Assembly (NCBI GenBank): GCA_965203175.1
Contig: OZ241867.1
Span: 3,200,001-3,264,000, forward strand
Direction of reading: 5' to 3'
From: Candidatus Latescibacterota bacterium
GTDB taxonomy: Bacteria; Latescibacterota; UBA2968; UBA8231
DNA: 64,000 nucleotides
Part shown: positions 46,827-55,314 of the stretch, in pieces
Numbering within the stretch: position 1 is the first letter of the stretch
How the letters are laid out: the number at the start of each line of letters is the position of its first letter
The notes under the pieces: model-generated
Told to the model about the DNA's origin: nothing
The model's input: the letters and a program-made list of their open reading frames with translations, nothing else
The model's database searches: none
Position numbers and translations under genes: made by a program

Positions 46827-47174
46827 TTAACTGTTCTCGAATGCGTCGATTGCCGCGGCCCGAGAGTCATAAATCGGGATGACCCGATCAAAGCCGCTGA
46901 TTGCGAGAACATTGCGGATCGGATCAGAGAGGGTGCAAACGCCAAATTTCTTGCCCGATTCGTTGAATTTCCTGGAAAGTACTAGACTAATCCGCAGCCC
47001 TGCGCTGCTGATAAAGAATACTCGCTCAAAGTCCAAGATTAAGGCCTGGTCTTCCGCATCAATTCCAGATTCTACGATACGCTGGAATCTATCGGCGTTG
47101 TTACTGTCGATGTGACCGATGAGCATCGCAATCAAGATGCCGTCTTTTCGTTCCCACTTAACTTGTACGCTCAT
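46827..47174 (-). CDS. STAS-domain anti-sigma factor antagonist (paralog)
   Basis: 'GHIDSNNA', 'LDFERVFFISSAGLR'; colinear 115-aa paralog of 46325-46672. Confidence 0.9.
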   Translation of the reverse strand: MSVQVKWERKDGILIAMLIGHIDSNNADRFQRIVESGIDAEDQALILDFERVFFISSAGLRISLVLSRKFNESGKKFGVCTLSDPIRNVLAISGFDRVIPIYDSRAAAIDAFENS

Positions 47175-47198
47175 TTGAATTTCCCTCTTTCTTTATAG

Positions 47199-50093
47199 CT
47201 AGAAGCGCAGCCCCACCTGCCCGAAGACGAGGCGGCCCACCGCCGGAGCGCCGACGAACGACTGGTAAGCTTGGTTCAGCACATTGCTCGCGTCGATCTG
47301 TAGCACTAGGTCTTGCTCCAAGGGCAACCGGTAGGTCAGGTTGAGATCCAGCACTGTGTAGGAATCTACCTCGCCCACGTATACCCCCGAACTCATTGGG
47401 AAAGAATCGATGTAACGCATCTGACCACCTAGCGCCAATCCCCACTCGGCAAAATTGTAGTCCATTCCCAGCTTGACCTTGTGTCGGGGTGCGTTCAGGG
47501 CTATGTCAGCACCTGCTTCGCCATGGGAGTACTGCAGATTCTCGAAGAAATTGTCGTTGACAAAGGAATAATTCCCCGTGAGCCGCCAGTGATCGGCGGG
47601 GAAGTAGGCCAAGCTCAGGTCTAGCCCGCGAATGGTCACATCTTCAAAATTGCGATAGCTCATAATCATCGCGTAGGGATCGGAAGCCTGTTCAGGCGAG
47701 ACCGTGCCGTAGGGGATGGCCGCCGCCCCCTCAGTGAGGATGCTGGTCAGTTCGTCCACCGGCGAGCCGTTGTTGTTGCCCTGCGCCACATCCAACGCTG
47801 CCAAGGCTCCGGCCAGTTGCTCATTGGCCGGATCGGACAAGGCTGCGCCGATGCTCTCGCCAAGGGCCGCACCCAGAGTCTGCGGATCGAGGAAGACCGT
47901 GGGAGTTACCACTGAAATGGCCCCGACGAAATCCTCGATCTTAGACTGGTACAAATCTGCGGCTACTACCAATTTGTCGGCCACTATGCCTTTGTAGCCT
48001 AACTCGATAGTCTGAGTAATGGCCGAGTGAATGCGCGGCACATCATAGGCTGTAATGGGGGTGGTGCCGTCCGCCTCTACGAAGAAGAAAGGCGGTCGAT
48101 TCGGATCGGGCTCTACGCCGAGCGGCTCCGTCTCGATGTTCAAGCGGCCCATGACATTGCGCAGGCCGGGCAATTGCTCGGGCACGATGCCGGGCAGTTG
48201 GGCACCGGTTGCCAATTCCTGGAAAGCAGGTCCAAACTGCGCTAGCACCGCCTGCCTGCCGATTCCCCACATCACGTTGGTGAACAGTGGGTCGTCCAAA
48301 GGCAGGTACTGGTCGGCTGGCAGACCGGCCATTGGGGCAAAGGGCGAGCGGAATAGGGGGTGGCCCGCCTCGTCTCGCCGAAAGGTGAAACCGTAGCCAT
48401 TGTTCCTGTAATTCCCTTGGGTCCAGACATCGATGGATTTGAACTCCCCTAGGCCGAGCGCCGAAAAGAGGGGCGAGAAATTTGGGTTCAGTCCGAAGGG
48501 ATCTCTGGCCGTTTGCAGGTCGAGGTAGAGATTGTTCGAGGTGGGCGTGCTGAACGCCCGGTTGTAGGTCAGCCGCAATGTCTGGGTCACCTGCGGCTTG
48601 AACACCAAGGCGGCCCGAGGCGATAGCTCGGGATCTTCGAGACGGCTGTGGTAGTCGTAGCGCAGGGCCAGCACCAAGTCCAGCATGTCGCTCAGAGCGG
48701 TCTCGCTCTGCAAGTAGCTGCCGTACTCGTTGAGATCGTCGTCCGACTCGTTACTGCCCATGATGGTGCCGTCGGTATCGGGCCGCGTCAACAGGGCATC
48801 GAGGCCGTAGGTGAAGCGCTGGCGTTGACCTAAACTAGACGTGTGCTGAGCTTGGAACACAGTCAAGGACGACCTATCGACGACGGGATCGCCCGTGCGC
48901 AACAGATATGTGTCACCCGCGTCGTTCCAGTTGCGGAAGGTCTGGAAGAACCAGTCGCGGTACAGCAGCCGCAACTGGGCGTAGTTGTACTGCCAGTCTA
49001 TCGTCTGCGACGCCCCCACGCCGGTCCCCCCGATTATGTTCGCCTTGTTGTGTCCCGCCGCCAAGATGGCCGTCAAGTCGTCCGCGGCCCGCCAGTCTAG
49101 GCGCGCTTCGACACTTTGGTTGCTGGTGGCGGGATCGCGCGTTTTGAGGGGCGGCAAATCCGCTCCTACATCTATCTCCGCCTGCCTCAGTGCTTGGGCT
49201 TTTACTTCCTCCGGGTCGGTGTACTCCCACTCCGTCCCCGTATAGTACTGGCCCGAAATCTTGTAGCCCAAGCGATTTCCAGCCACGCCGGCATGCCGGA
49301 TTGTGGTATGGCGCAGATTGCGCTCCCCCATCCCCACGTGCACGTTCGTGCCCTGCGAGGTAAAGGGGGAATGGGTGATGATGTGCATGACCCCATCGGC
49401 ACTATTGGGGCCGTACAGGGCCGACCCTGGTCCTAGAACGACCTCTATGCGCTCCACGTCGTCGTTGGTGAGCGGAATGAAATTCAGGGCGTTGACTCGT
49501 AGCGAGGGCACGCGGGCGATGCGGTTGTCCGTCAGCGTGAGCAGGGAGCCGGAGAATATATTGTTGAAGCCGCGCACCACCACGTTGGCGTTGGCCAATC
49601 CTCTCTTTGCAATGTCCACTGCCGGCAGATTCTTGACGTGGTCGGAGAGACTTAACGCTGGATTGTTGCGGATTTCGCTACCCTCGACCACGGATACCGA
49701 GGCCGGGGCGTCGAGAATTTTCTCCTGTCGGCGGGAAGCGGATACCACGCTTTGCGCGAGAAAAATGACCTGTTCCATCAAGGCTGCATCCAGCCGGGTG
49801 GTCTGGCCGGCCCGCACCTGCACGTTTTTCCGCAGGTCGGACTTGTAGCCGACAAACGTGATTTCGACTTGGTAGTTTCCCGCTGGAACGGCGATGCGGA
49901 ACTGCCCATCTGCAGCCGCTGTAGTTCCAGCTTTGTAGCCCTCCACCGGCGAGCGCACGGCGATATTGGCACCGGGCAGGGCCTCCCCCGCCTCTCCTGT
50001 AACCGTCCCCTTGATAAAGCCATCCGACTGGGCCCAAACGGCTCCACAGCCCAAGGTTGCCCATAGGCACATCAGCCTAGCCATTTTGCCCAT
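47199..50093 (-). CDS. TonB-dependent receptor with N-terminal carboxypeptidase-regulatory-like domain
   Basis: Signal peptide; 'VVSASRR..DAPASVSV', 'RGFN', 'ERIEVVLGPGSALYG'; C-terminal 'GQVGLRF'. Start 50093 or 50120. Confidence 0.92.
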   Translation of the reverse strand: MGKMARLMCLWATLGCGAVWAQSDGFIKGTVTGEAGEALPGANIAVRSPVEGYKAGTTAAADGQFRIAVPAGNYQVEITFVGYKSDLRKNVQVRAGQTTRLDAALMEQVIFLAQSVVSASRRQEKILDAPASVSVVEGSEIRNNPALSLSDHVKNLPAVDIAKRGLANANVVVRGFNNIFSGSLLTLTDNRIARVPSLRVNALNFIPLTNDDVERIEVVLGPGSALYGPNSADGVMHIITHSPFTSQGTNVHVGMGERNLRHTTIRHAGVAGNRLGYKISGQYYTGTEWEYTDPEEVKAQALRQAEIDVGADLPPLKTRDPATSNQSVEARLDWRAADDLTAILAAGHNKANIIGGTGVGASQTIDWQYNYAQLRLLYRDWFFQTFRNWNDAGDTYLLRTGDPVVDRSSLTVFQAQHTSSLGQRQRFTYGLDALLTRPDTDGTIMGSNESDDDLNEYGSYLQSETALSDMLDLVLALRYDYHSRLEDPELSPRAALVFKPQVTQTLRLTYNRAFSTPTSNNLYLDLQTARDPFGLNPNFSPLFSALGLGEFKSIDVWTQGNYRNNGYGFTFRRDEAGHPLFRSPFAPMAGLPADQYLPLDDPLFTNVMWGIGRQAVLAQFGPAFQELATGAQLPGIVPEQLPGLRNVMGRLNIETEPLGVEPDPNRPPFFFVEADGTTPITAYDVPRIHSAITQTIELGYKGIVADKLVVAADLYQSKIEDFVGAISVVTPTVFLDPQTLGAALGESIGAALSDPANEQLAGALAALDVAQGNNNGSPVDELTSILTEGAAAIPYGTVSPEQASDPYAMIMSYRNFEDVTIRGLDLSLAYFPADHWRLTGNYSFVNDNFFENLQYSHGEAGADIALNAPRHKVKLGMDYNFAEWGLALGGQMRYIDSFPMSSGVYVGEVDSYTVLDLNLTYRLPLEQDLVLQIDASNVLNQAYQSFVGAPAVGRLVFGQVGLRF

Positions 50094-50254
50094 CGCAGTT
50101 TCCCTCCCACAGACGCCCAAGGCCCCATGCCCTGAAAGCGCGGTTTGCTAGAACAAAAAATTCCCGGATCGCCCTAGGGATTCTATTATATGACAAGGGT
50201 TTCTATCTAACAATTGAATAGCCGCCGCCGCAACTCCTCTTCATCATTCGGCGC

Positions 50255-51490
50255 TTACAGCAGGATCCCGGCTACGCAGGCGGTCATAAAGCAGGCTAGG
50301 GAGCCGCCCAGCATAGCGCGAAAACCCAACCGCGCCAAATCGCGCCGCCGCTCGGGGGCAATGCCGCCGATGCCGCCGATCTGGATGCCAATGCTGCTGA
50401 AGTTGGCAAAACCGCACAGAGCATAGGTCAGGATGATCACCGAGCGCTGGCTCAGCTCCACGCCCGAGTCGGGCTGGATCCACTGGCTCAGTTGGACGTA
50501 CGAGACAAATTCGTTGGCCACCATTTTCTTGCCCAACAGCTCGCCGGCCAGCAAACAATCCTTGGCCTCAATACCCATCAACCAAGCAAAGGGCGCAAAC
50601 AGATAACCCAGCGCCGCGGACAAAGACCACTCCAGACCCTCCATGCCTAGAATGTAGCCCACGCCTTGGCCCAACAGGCCCAGCGCCCCGTCCACTAGGG
50701 CGATCAACCCCAGTGCCGCGATGAGCATGGCGGCCACGTTCAGGGCCAGCCGCAAGCCGTCCAAGGTCCCGTTGGCCGCGGCTTCCACCACATTGGTGGC
50801 CGTGCGCTCTACCTCAATCGATACCCGCCCTAGCGTTTTGGACTCTTCTACTTCGGGCTGCATCACCTTGGCCACTAACAACGCCGCCGGAGCCGAGATC
50901 ACCGAGGCGGCTACCAAGTGACCGGCATCAATCCCCAGGCCCACGAAGGCGGCCAATACGCCTCCGGCAATGGTGGCAAAGCCGCCGACCATCAAGGCCA
51001 TCAGTTCTGACCGGGTCATGCTGTCCACGTACGGGCGGACCACTAGCGGAGCCTCGGTCTGGCCGACGAAGACGTTGGCTGCCGCGGCTAGGCTTTCCGC
51101 GCCCGAGGTGCGCAGGGTGCGCTGCATGACCCAGGCGAAGGCCGCTACCACGTACTGCACCAGTCCCAGGTGGTAGAGCACGCCCATTAGGGCGGAAAAA
51201 AAGATAATGGTCGGTAGGACCTTGAAGGCGAAGAAATGTTCGCCGAACGAGTCGCCAAAGACGAAGCTGGAGCCGGCATCGACGTAGTTGAGCAAGGCAG
51301 TGAAAAAAGCGCCAATATAACCGAAAAGCGCCTGTCCGGGTCCGGTCTTGAGAACGAGCAGGGCGAGGAGAAATTGCAGGCCCACGCCGGCCGCTACCAA
51401 GCGGAGATCTACTTTGCGGCGCTCGGCGCTCATGGCGAAGACTAAGGCGACCATCACCACAAGTCCGAATAGGCTGATCAGCCGTTCCAT
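50255..51490 (-). CDS. nupC: Concentrative nucleoside transporter (NupC/CNT family)
   Basis: 'VLPTIIFFS', 'FVGQTEAP', 'FATIAGG', 'NEFVSY', 'LCGFANFSSIGIQIGG'. Confidence 0.92.
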   Translation of the reverse strand: MERLISLFGLVVMVALVFAMSAERRKVDLRLVAAGVGLQFLLALLVLKTGPGQALFGYIGAFFTALLNYVDAGSSFVFGDSFGEHFFAFKVLPTIIFFSALMGVLYHLGLVQYVVAAFAWVMQRTLRTSGAESLAAAANVFVGQTEAPLVVRPYVDSMTRSELMALMVGGFATIAGGVLAAFVGLGIDAGHLVAASVISAPAALLVAKVMQPEVEESKTLGRVSIEVERTATNVVEAAANGTLDGLRLALNVAAMLIAALGLIALVDGALGLLGQGVGYILGMEGLEWSLSAALGYLFAPFAWLMGIEAKDCLLAGELLGKKMVANEFVSYVQLSQWIQPDSGVELSQRSVIILTYALCGFANFSSIGIQIGGIGGIAPERRRDLARLGFRAMLGGSLACFMTACVAGILL

Positions 51491-51539
51491 CGGTACCTAC
51501 TTTTTGTGCGAGAGTTGGAAAATACCGGGGAAAGTATAT

Positions 51540-51566
51540 AAAAAAACGGCGGGGGAAGCCCCGCCG
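51540..51566 (-). terminator. Rho-independent terminator downstream of the phyH-like gene
   Basis: Minus strand cggcgggg-cttc-cccgccg-type GC hairpin followed by a T7 run. Confidence 0.7.
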
Positions 51567-51623
51567 AGAAGGTCAAAGCCCGAGTCCCGCATGGGAGCCG
51601 AAGTGTACCGAACTATCTATTCC

Positions 51624-52487
51624 TCACTTTAACTTCTCACCCGGGATCCACTGTATCGCTATCGGCTCGGCCTCGCCAGCGTACGCGATTCTGAGCGGTT
51701 CCATCAGAGCTTGGATCTCTGCAGACGATGAGACCGCGTCGCCGGTGTTGGCTTCTGCTAGAGCAACTGTGGCCTGCGTGCGCTCAGGTAAGGCAACGAA
51801 GTCTGGATAGTACCACATCGTGAGCACAGTCCGGCGCTGATCGGTCTGGTTGGCATGGGAAGCGTGCAACAGGCTGCCGTACCCCATCACGAGATCGCCA
51901 GCTTTTACGGGGACGTTGATCTCGTCATCTACCCGCGAAAACCCCGGATCGTCGGGATTGGCAAATGTTCTGAGCTCGTCTGTATGGCTTGGTGAGATTT
52001 TGTCGTGTAGGGCATGGCGCTTGAGGTGCGACCCCGGGATCACGCGCAGGCACCCGTTTTGCGGCGTGGTGTCGGTGAGGTAATACATCAAAAAGCATTG
52101 GATGGGCTGCGTCGTATAGCTCACCGGATCGTCCCAGAAACGACCGTCTTCATGCCAGAACAGGGGTGGGCTGTGGGATGGTTTGCTGATGATGCGTCCG
52201 TGGCCAAACTTGGGGTCGTCGAACCCGAGCTGTTGCAGCGCGGCGAGTGCGTTGGGGTGGGCGATGAGTTCGGCCATTACTGGATGCTGATAGGCCATAG
52301 CCCAATCGATCATCACCATGCTGCCGGTCGTGCGCTGTTTGGCAAAATGCTCTGGGTCCTGTTGGGCGAGCACGTCATCGCTGAAGCGCTGTAAGCGCTC
52401 CAACATGGGGGAATCGAGAATATTTTCGAATATGTAAAACCCGTCGCGGGCGAATTGTTCTCGCTTTTTATGGGCTCCATCTTGCAT
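51624..52487 (-). CDS. Phytanoyl-CoA dioxygenase (PhyH) family Fe(II)/2OG oxygenase
   Basis: 'FARDGF', HxD 'WHED', 'NGCLRVIPGSH', 'GDLV..LLHAS.AN..RR'. Start 52487 or 52523. Confidence 0.88.
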   Translation of the reverse strand: MQDGAHKKREQFARDGFYIFENILDSPMLERLQRFSDDVLAQQDPEHFAKQRTTGSMVMIDWAMAYQHPVMAELIAHPNALAALQQLGFDDPKFGHGRIISKPSHSPPLFWHEDGRFWDDPVSYTTQPIQCFLMYYLTDTTPQNGCLRVIPGSHLKRHALHDKISPSHTDELRTFANPDDPGFSRVDDEINVPVKAGDLVMGYGSLLHASHANQTDQRRTVLTMWYYPDFVALPERTQATVALAEANTGDAVSSSAEIQALMEPLRIAYAGEAEPIAIQWIPGEKLK

Positions 52488-52523
52488 GCTGATTAGTTCT
52501 TTGTTCGAATGGCCGGCGAGCAA

Positions 52524-53168
52524 TCACGGACGCCAAGCTGCTTTCAGGCTACCCCAGGTGGTTGCGGCGACCGCACTGAAGTCATCAATGGGGTGGAGTT
52601 CCCAGATTGTAACCCTGGTCCCCCTCGTGGTCGTGAGGAACAGGGTGTCTCCCTCAATGGCATACGTGCTAATCCCCCACTTATTGAGTACAGCGAGAAA
52701 CTGCACCTTATCGAGTTCAGCGAAAAACGCGTCGATAAATTCTTGTTCAAAAGCTGGGTAATTCTCTTCAGGGATTTCGTGCGAGTCTGCTACATACCGG
52801 GCGAAGTCGCGGGCCACTTGGGTGAAGAAATCGACGAAGCTTTCACCGTCAACGGATAGGTCTAAGGCGGCTATATCGACCAAGAGATTGTCGTCCGAGA
52901 CGCCATAGGTGCCGGTGCCGTGGGCAACAATCGTCTCCATGGTGGGAGGTTCCGGGACTTGGATATCGGCGAGGAAGTCGTCTTTCACCTGAATGACTTG
53001 GTTGATCTCAAAGGCTCCATCTTCCTCGAAGGTCAGGCGAATGGTAATCTCGCCGATTTGCTCATCGACGATAGTGCCCCCCCAGGTGCCGTACAGCGCC
53101 TCTTTCTGGGCGGCGAGCGGCGGAACGAGCAGGCAGAGTAAGAGGACGGACGACAGGAGCTGGCGCAT
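52524..53168 (-). CDS. Secreted hypothetical protein with C-terminal 'SAVAATTWGSLK' motif
   Basis: Signal peptide MRQLLSSVLLLCLLVPPLAA; lipocalin-like 'LYGTW' start; terminal TWGxLK motif. Confidence 0.75.
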   Translation of the reverse strand: MRQLLSSVLLLCLLVPPLAAQKEALYGTWGGTIVDEQIGEITIRLTFEEDGAFEINQVIQVKDDFLADIQVPEPPTMETIVAHGTGTYGVSDDNLLVDIAALDLSVDGESFVDFFTQVARDFARYVADSHEIPEENYPAFEQEFIDAFFAELDKVQFLAVLNKWGISTYAIEGDTLFLTTTRGTRVTIWELHPIDDFSAVAATTWGSLKAAWRP

Positions 53169-53178
53169 AAGGGCTTCC

Positions 53179-54174
53179 TTACTCGTACAAGTGGGCGACG
53201 TACTCTGCGTAGCCGTTGTAGGGGAGGGTATCGCGTAGTTCGGTTGGGTTCACATCGGTGGTGATGAAGCGCTCCCTGGCTTGCGACCAGCGGGGATGGG
53301 GGACTTGAGGCTCGACGTTGGAGATAAAGCCGTACTCGTGGGGCGCTAGGGTATTCCAAAACGTCGCCGGCTGTTCGCTGGTGAATTCGATTTTAGTGAT
53401 CGACTTGAGACCCTTATAGCCGTATTTCCAGGGCGTCACTAGGCGCAGGGGAGCACCGTGTTGCTTGGGCATTTCGTGGCCGTAGACGCCCGTCACCAGC
53501 AGAGTCAGTTCATTGGTCGCTTCGTCCATGGTCAGGCCCTCGGTATAGGGCCAAGGCCAATCGGAGCGATCCCATTGTACTGGGGCCACCTCGGGATTGA
53601 AGAAGGAGATCATGCGCACGTAGCGGGCCGATGACAGCGGTTGCACGAAATTGATGAGGTCCCGCATGGGAAAGCCCGTCCACGGGATGGCCATGGACCA
53701 AGCCTCGACGCAGCGGTGGCGGTAGAGGCGCTCTTCCAGATCCATAATGCCGATTAGGTAGTCGATATCGTACGTCTTGGGCTCCGGCACTAGGCCACTT
53801 ATTTCCACCGTCCAAGGGGCAGGCTCAAAATTGTCTATGAAGCGCCACACATCCTTGGAGGTGGAGAATTCATAGAAGTTGTTGTACTTGGCTGCCACGG
53901 CCTCGTCGGTGAGCGGCCGGTCGAGCGTGGAAAACTCATCGTTTGTGGGAGCTGGATACCACTCTGAAGGTGGGATTGGCTCGATGATCGCGGGGGGGAG
54001 GTATTTTGTTGTATCGACGAGTTTTTCTGGATTGAGGAGCTTTTCTGGAATGCATCCCGCAAGCAGGCCGATGGAGCCCAAACCGGCCCGCCGGATGAAC
54101 TTGCGGCGGTTGAGATAGACGTCTTCGTCGGTGGCCTGGCACTCGGGGATCTCCCATTTTTTGCGCGGCATCAC
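53179..54174 (-). CDS. msrP: Protein-methionine-sulfoxide reductase catalytic subunit MsrP (YedY)
   Basis: Tat motif 'NRRKFI'; 'YNNFYEF', 'RHRCVEAWS', 'QHGAPLRLVTPWKYGYK', 'HPRWSQA', 'NGY'; AGGAGG RBS. Confidence 0.93.
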   Translation of the reverse strand: MMPRKKWEIPECQATDEDVYLNRRKFIRRAGLGSIGLLAGCIPEKLLNPEKLVDTTKYLPPAIIEPIPPSEWYPAPTNDEFSTLDRPLTDEAVAAKYNNFYEFSTSKDVWRFIDNFEPAPWTVEISGLVPEPKTYDIDYLIGIMDLEERLYRHRCVEAWSMAIPWTGFPMRDLINFVQPLSSARYVRMISFFNPEVAPVQWDRSDWPWPYTEGLTMDEATNELTLLVTGVYGHEMPKQHGAPLRLVTPWKYGYKGLKSITKIEFTSEQPATFWNTLAPHEYGFISNVEPQVPHPRWSQARERFITTDVNPTELRDTLPYNGYAEYVAHLYE

Positions 54175-54235
54175 AACCTCCTTTCAATGGAAGTACGATC
54201 AAAATATAACAGATTGGCTCTGCAGCCGCGATTTT

Positions 54236-55207
54236 TTAGCGCTTGAAAGCCAGCCCCACGGCGTAGGTCGTGCCCGCTGCGGTATTGCAGCCAGCCGCGA
54301 TGTGGAATAGATCGACGCCGATTTCCAGGTTCTTACTGAGAGACCAGATCAACCCCGGGGCCAGCTTGAGGATATCTTGGTCGCCGACGAGACCGCCCTG
54401 TCCCATAGCACCGCAATCGCCCATGGTGCGCATCCCTTCGACCACGCCTTTGACTAGCAGGCGATTATAGGTGACCCCGGCCTCTAAGCCATAGAAGAAT
54501 TCGTCGCTGAAAGCCCCGCCTCGCTTGCGATAGCCGACTGTGCTCGTCAAGTAGCCTGGGAGTGGGTACAGCGATTTGCCTACCAACAGCCGCATGTCGA
54601 TGTCCCGCTCACCTGTGCCCAAGGGAATCTTATTGTCGGCCCCATCCACTGGACTCAACCCCAAGCCAAGTCCGCCCGCGTCTAGGGAGCCAATGCTGTC
54701 TTGATCTATGTCGTAGCCCAAGGGGAATTTGCCCCCCAGCGCTAGGGAGACCACTGCCGGATTGCGCAGCAAGCGCCAGCGCAGGCGCAGTTCTAGGTCG
54801 GCTAGGCCTGATTGGACTTCGTCGGGGTGGATGCGGGTTATGGTGGTATCGAGAACGTCGCTTTTGAACTCCCTCACTTCGGTATTCTTGTACACCAAGC
54901 GCTTATAGGGCAGGGTGGCCACCAAGGTCAAGCGCTCCTGCAAACCATATTCTAGGTAGGCCGATATACTCTCGTCGCTCAATTCTTCCATGCTGGGTTT
55001 TGCCACCCGCTCCCGCCGCTCGCCAGCGGCGTCCAGATAGTCTTGGGAGTGGAAGGAAAGTCCGGCGATTTTGAAGTACATGCCGCCTGGAGCTTGCGTC
55101 CAAGCACCGGCGTGTAGTTGGGTGGGGGCAATCGCTAGCAGGATGGCCACCAGTGGAATCCAGCGCCGCAGTGGGCGGGGCGAATTCGGTCGAGTGTTGT
55201 GATTCAT
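54236..55207 (-). CDS. Hypothetical exported protein, probable outer-membrane beta-barrel
   Basis: Start refined to ATG 55207; signal ending 'LHA-GAWTQ'; alternating strands 'YLEYGL', 'GLADLEL', 'PLGTGE.D'; terminal 'YAVGLAF'. Confidence 0.65.
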   Translation of the reverse strand: MNHNTRPNSPRPLRRWIPLVAILLAIAPTQLHAGAWTQAPGGMYFKIAGLSFHSQDYLDAAGERRERVAKPSMEELSDESISAYLEYGLQERLTLVATLPYKRLVYKNTEVREFKSDVLDTTITRIHPDEVQSGLADLELRLRWRLLRNPAVVSLALGGKFPLGYDIDQDSIGSLDAGGLGLGLSPVDGADNKIPLGTGERDIDMRLLVGKSLYPLPGYLTSTVGYRKRGGAFSDEFFYGLEAGVTYNRLLVKGVVEGMRTMGDCGAMGQGGLVGDQDILKLAPGLIWSLSKNLEIGVDLFHIAAGCNTAAGTTYAVGLAFKR

Positions 55208-55314
55208 AGAAATCTCTCGGAAAGTGTTGGAGTTGAGCGGTTCTCGGACTATTCTGTCGATTTTGTACCGACCACTCACAAATAGCAACGTTCCCAGTCC
55301 TGTGGCAACACCAC

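Noticed and set aside
51491-51623. Purine or nucleoside riboswitch ahead of nupC
   Set aside because: Only a terminator hairpin is evident, best explained as ending the upstream operon; no aptamer consensus seen
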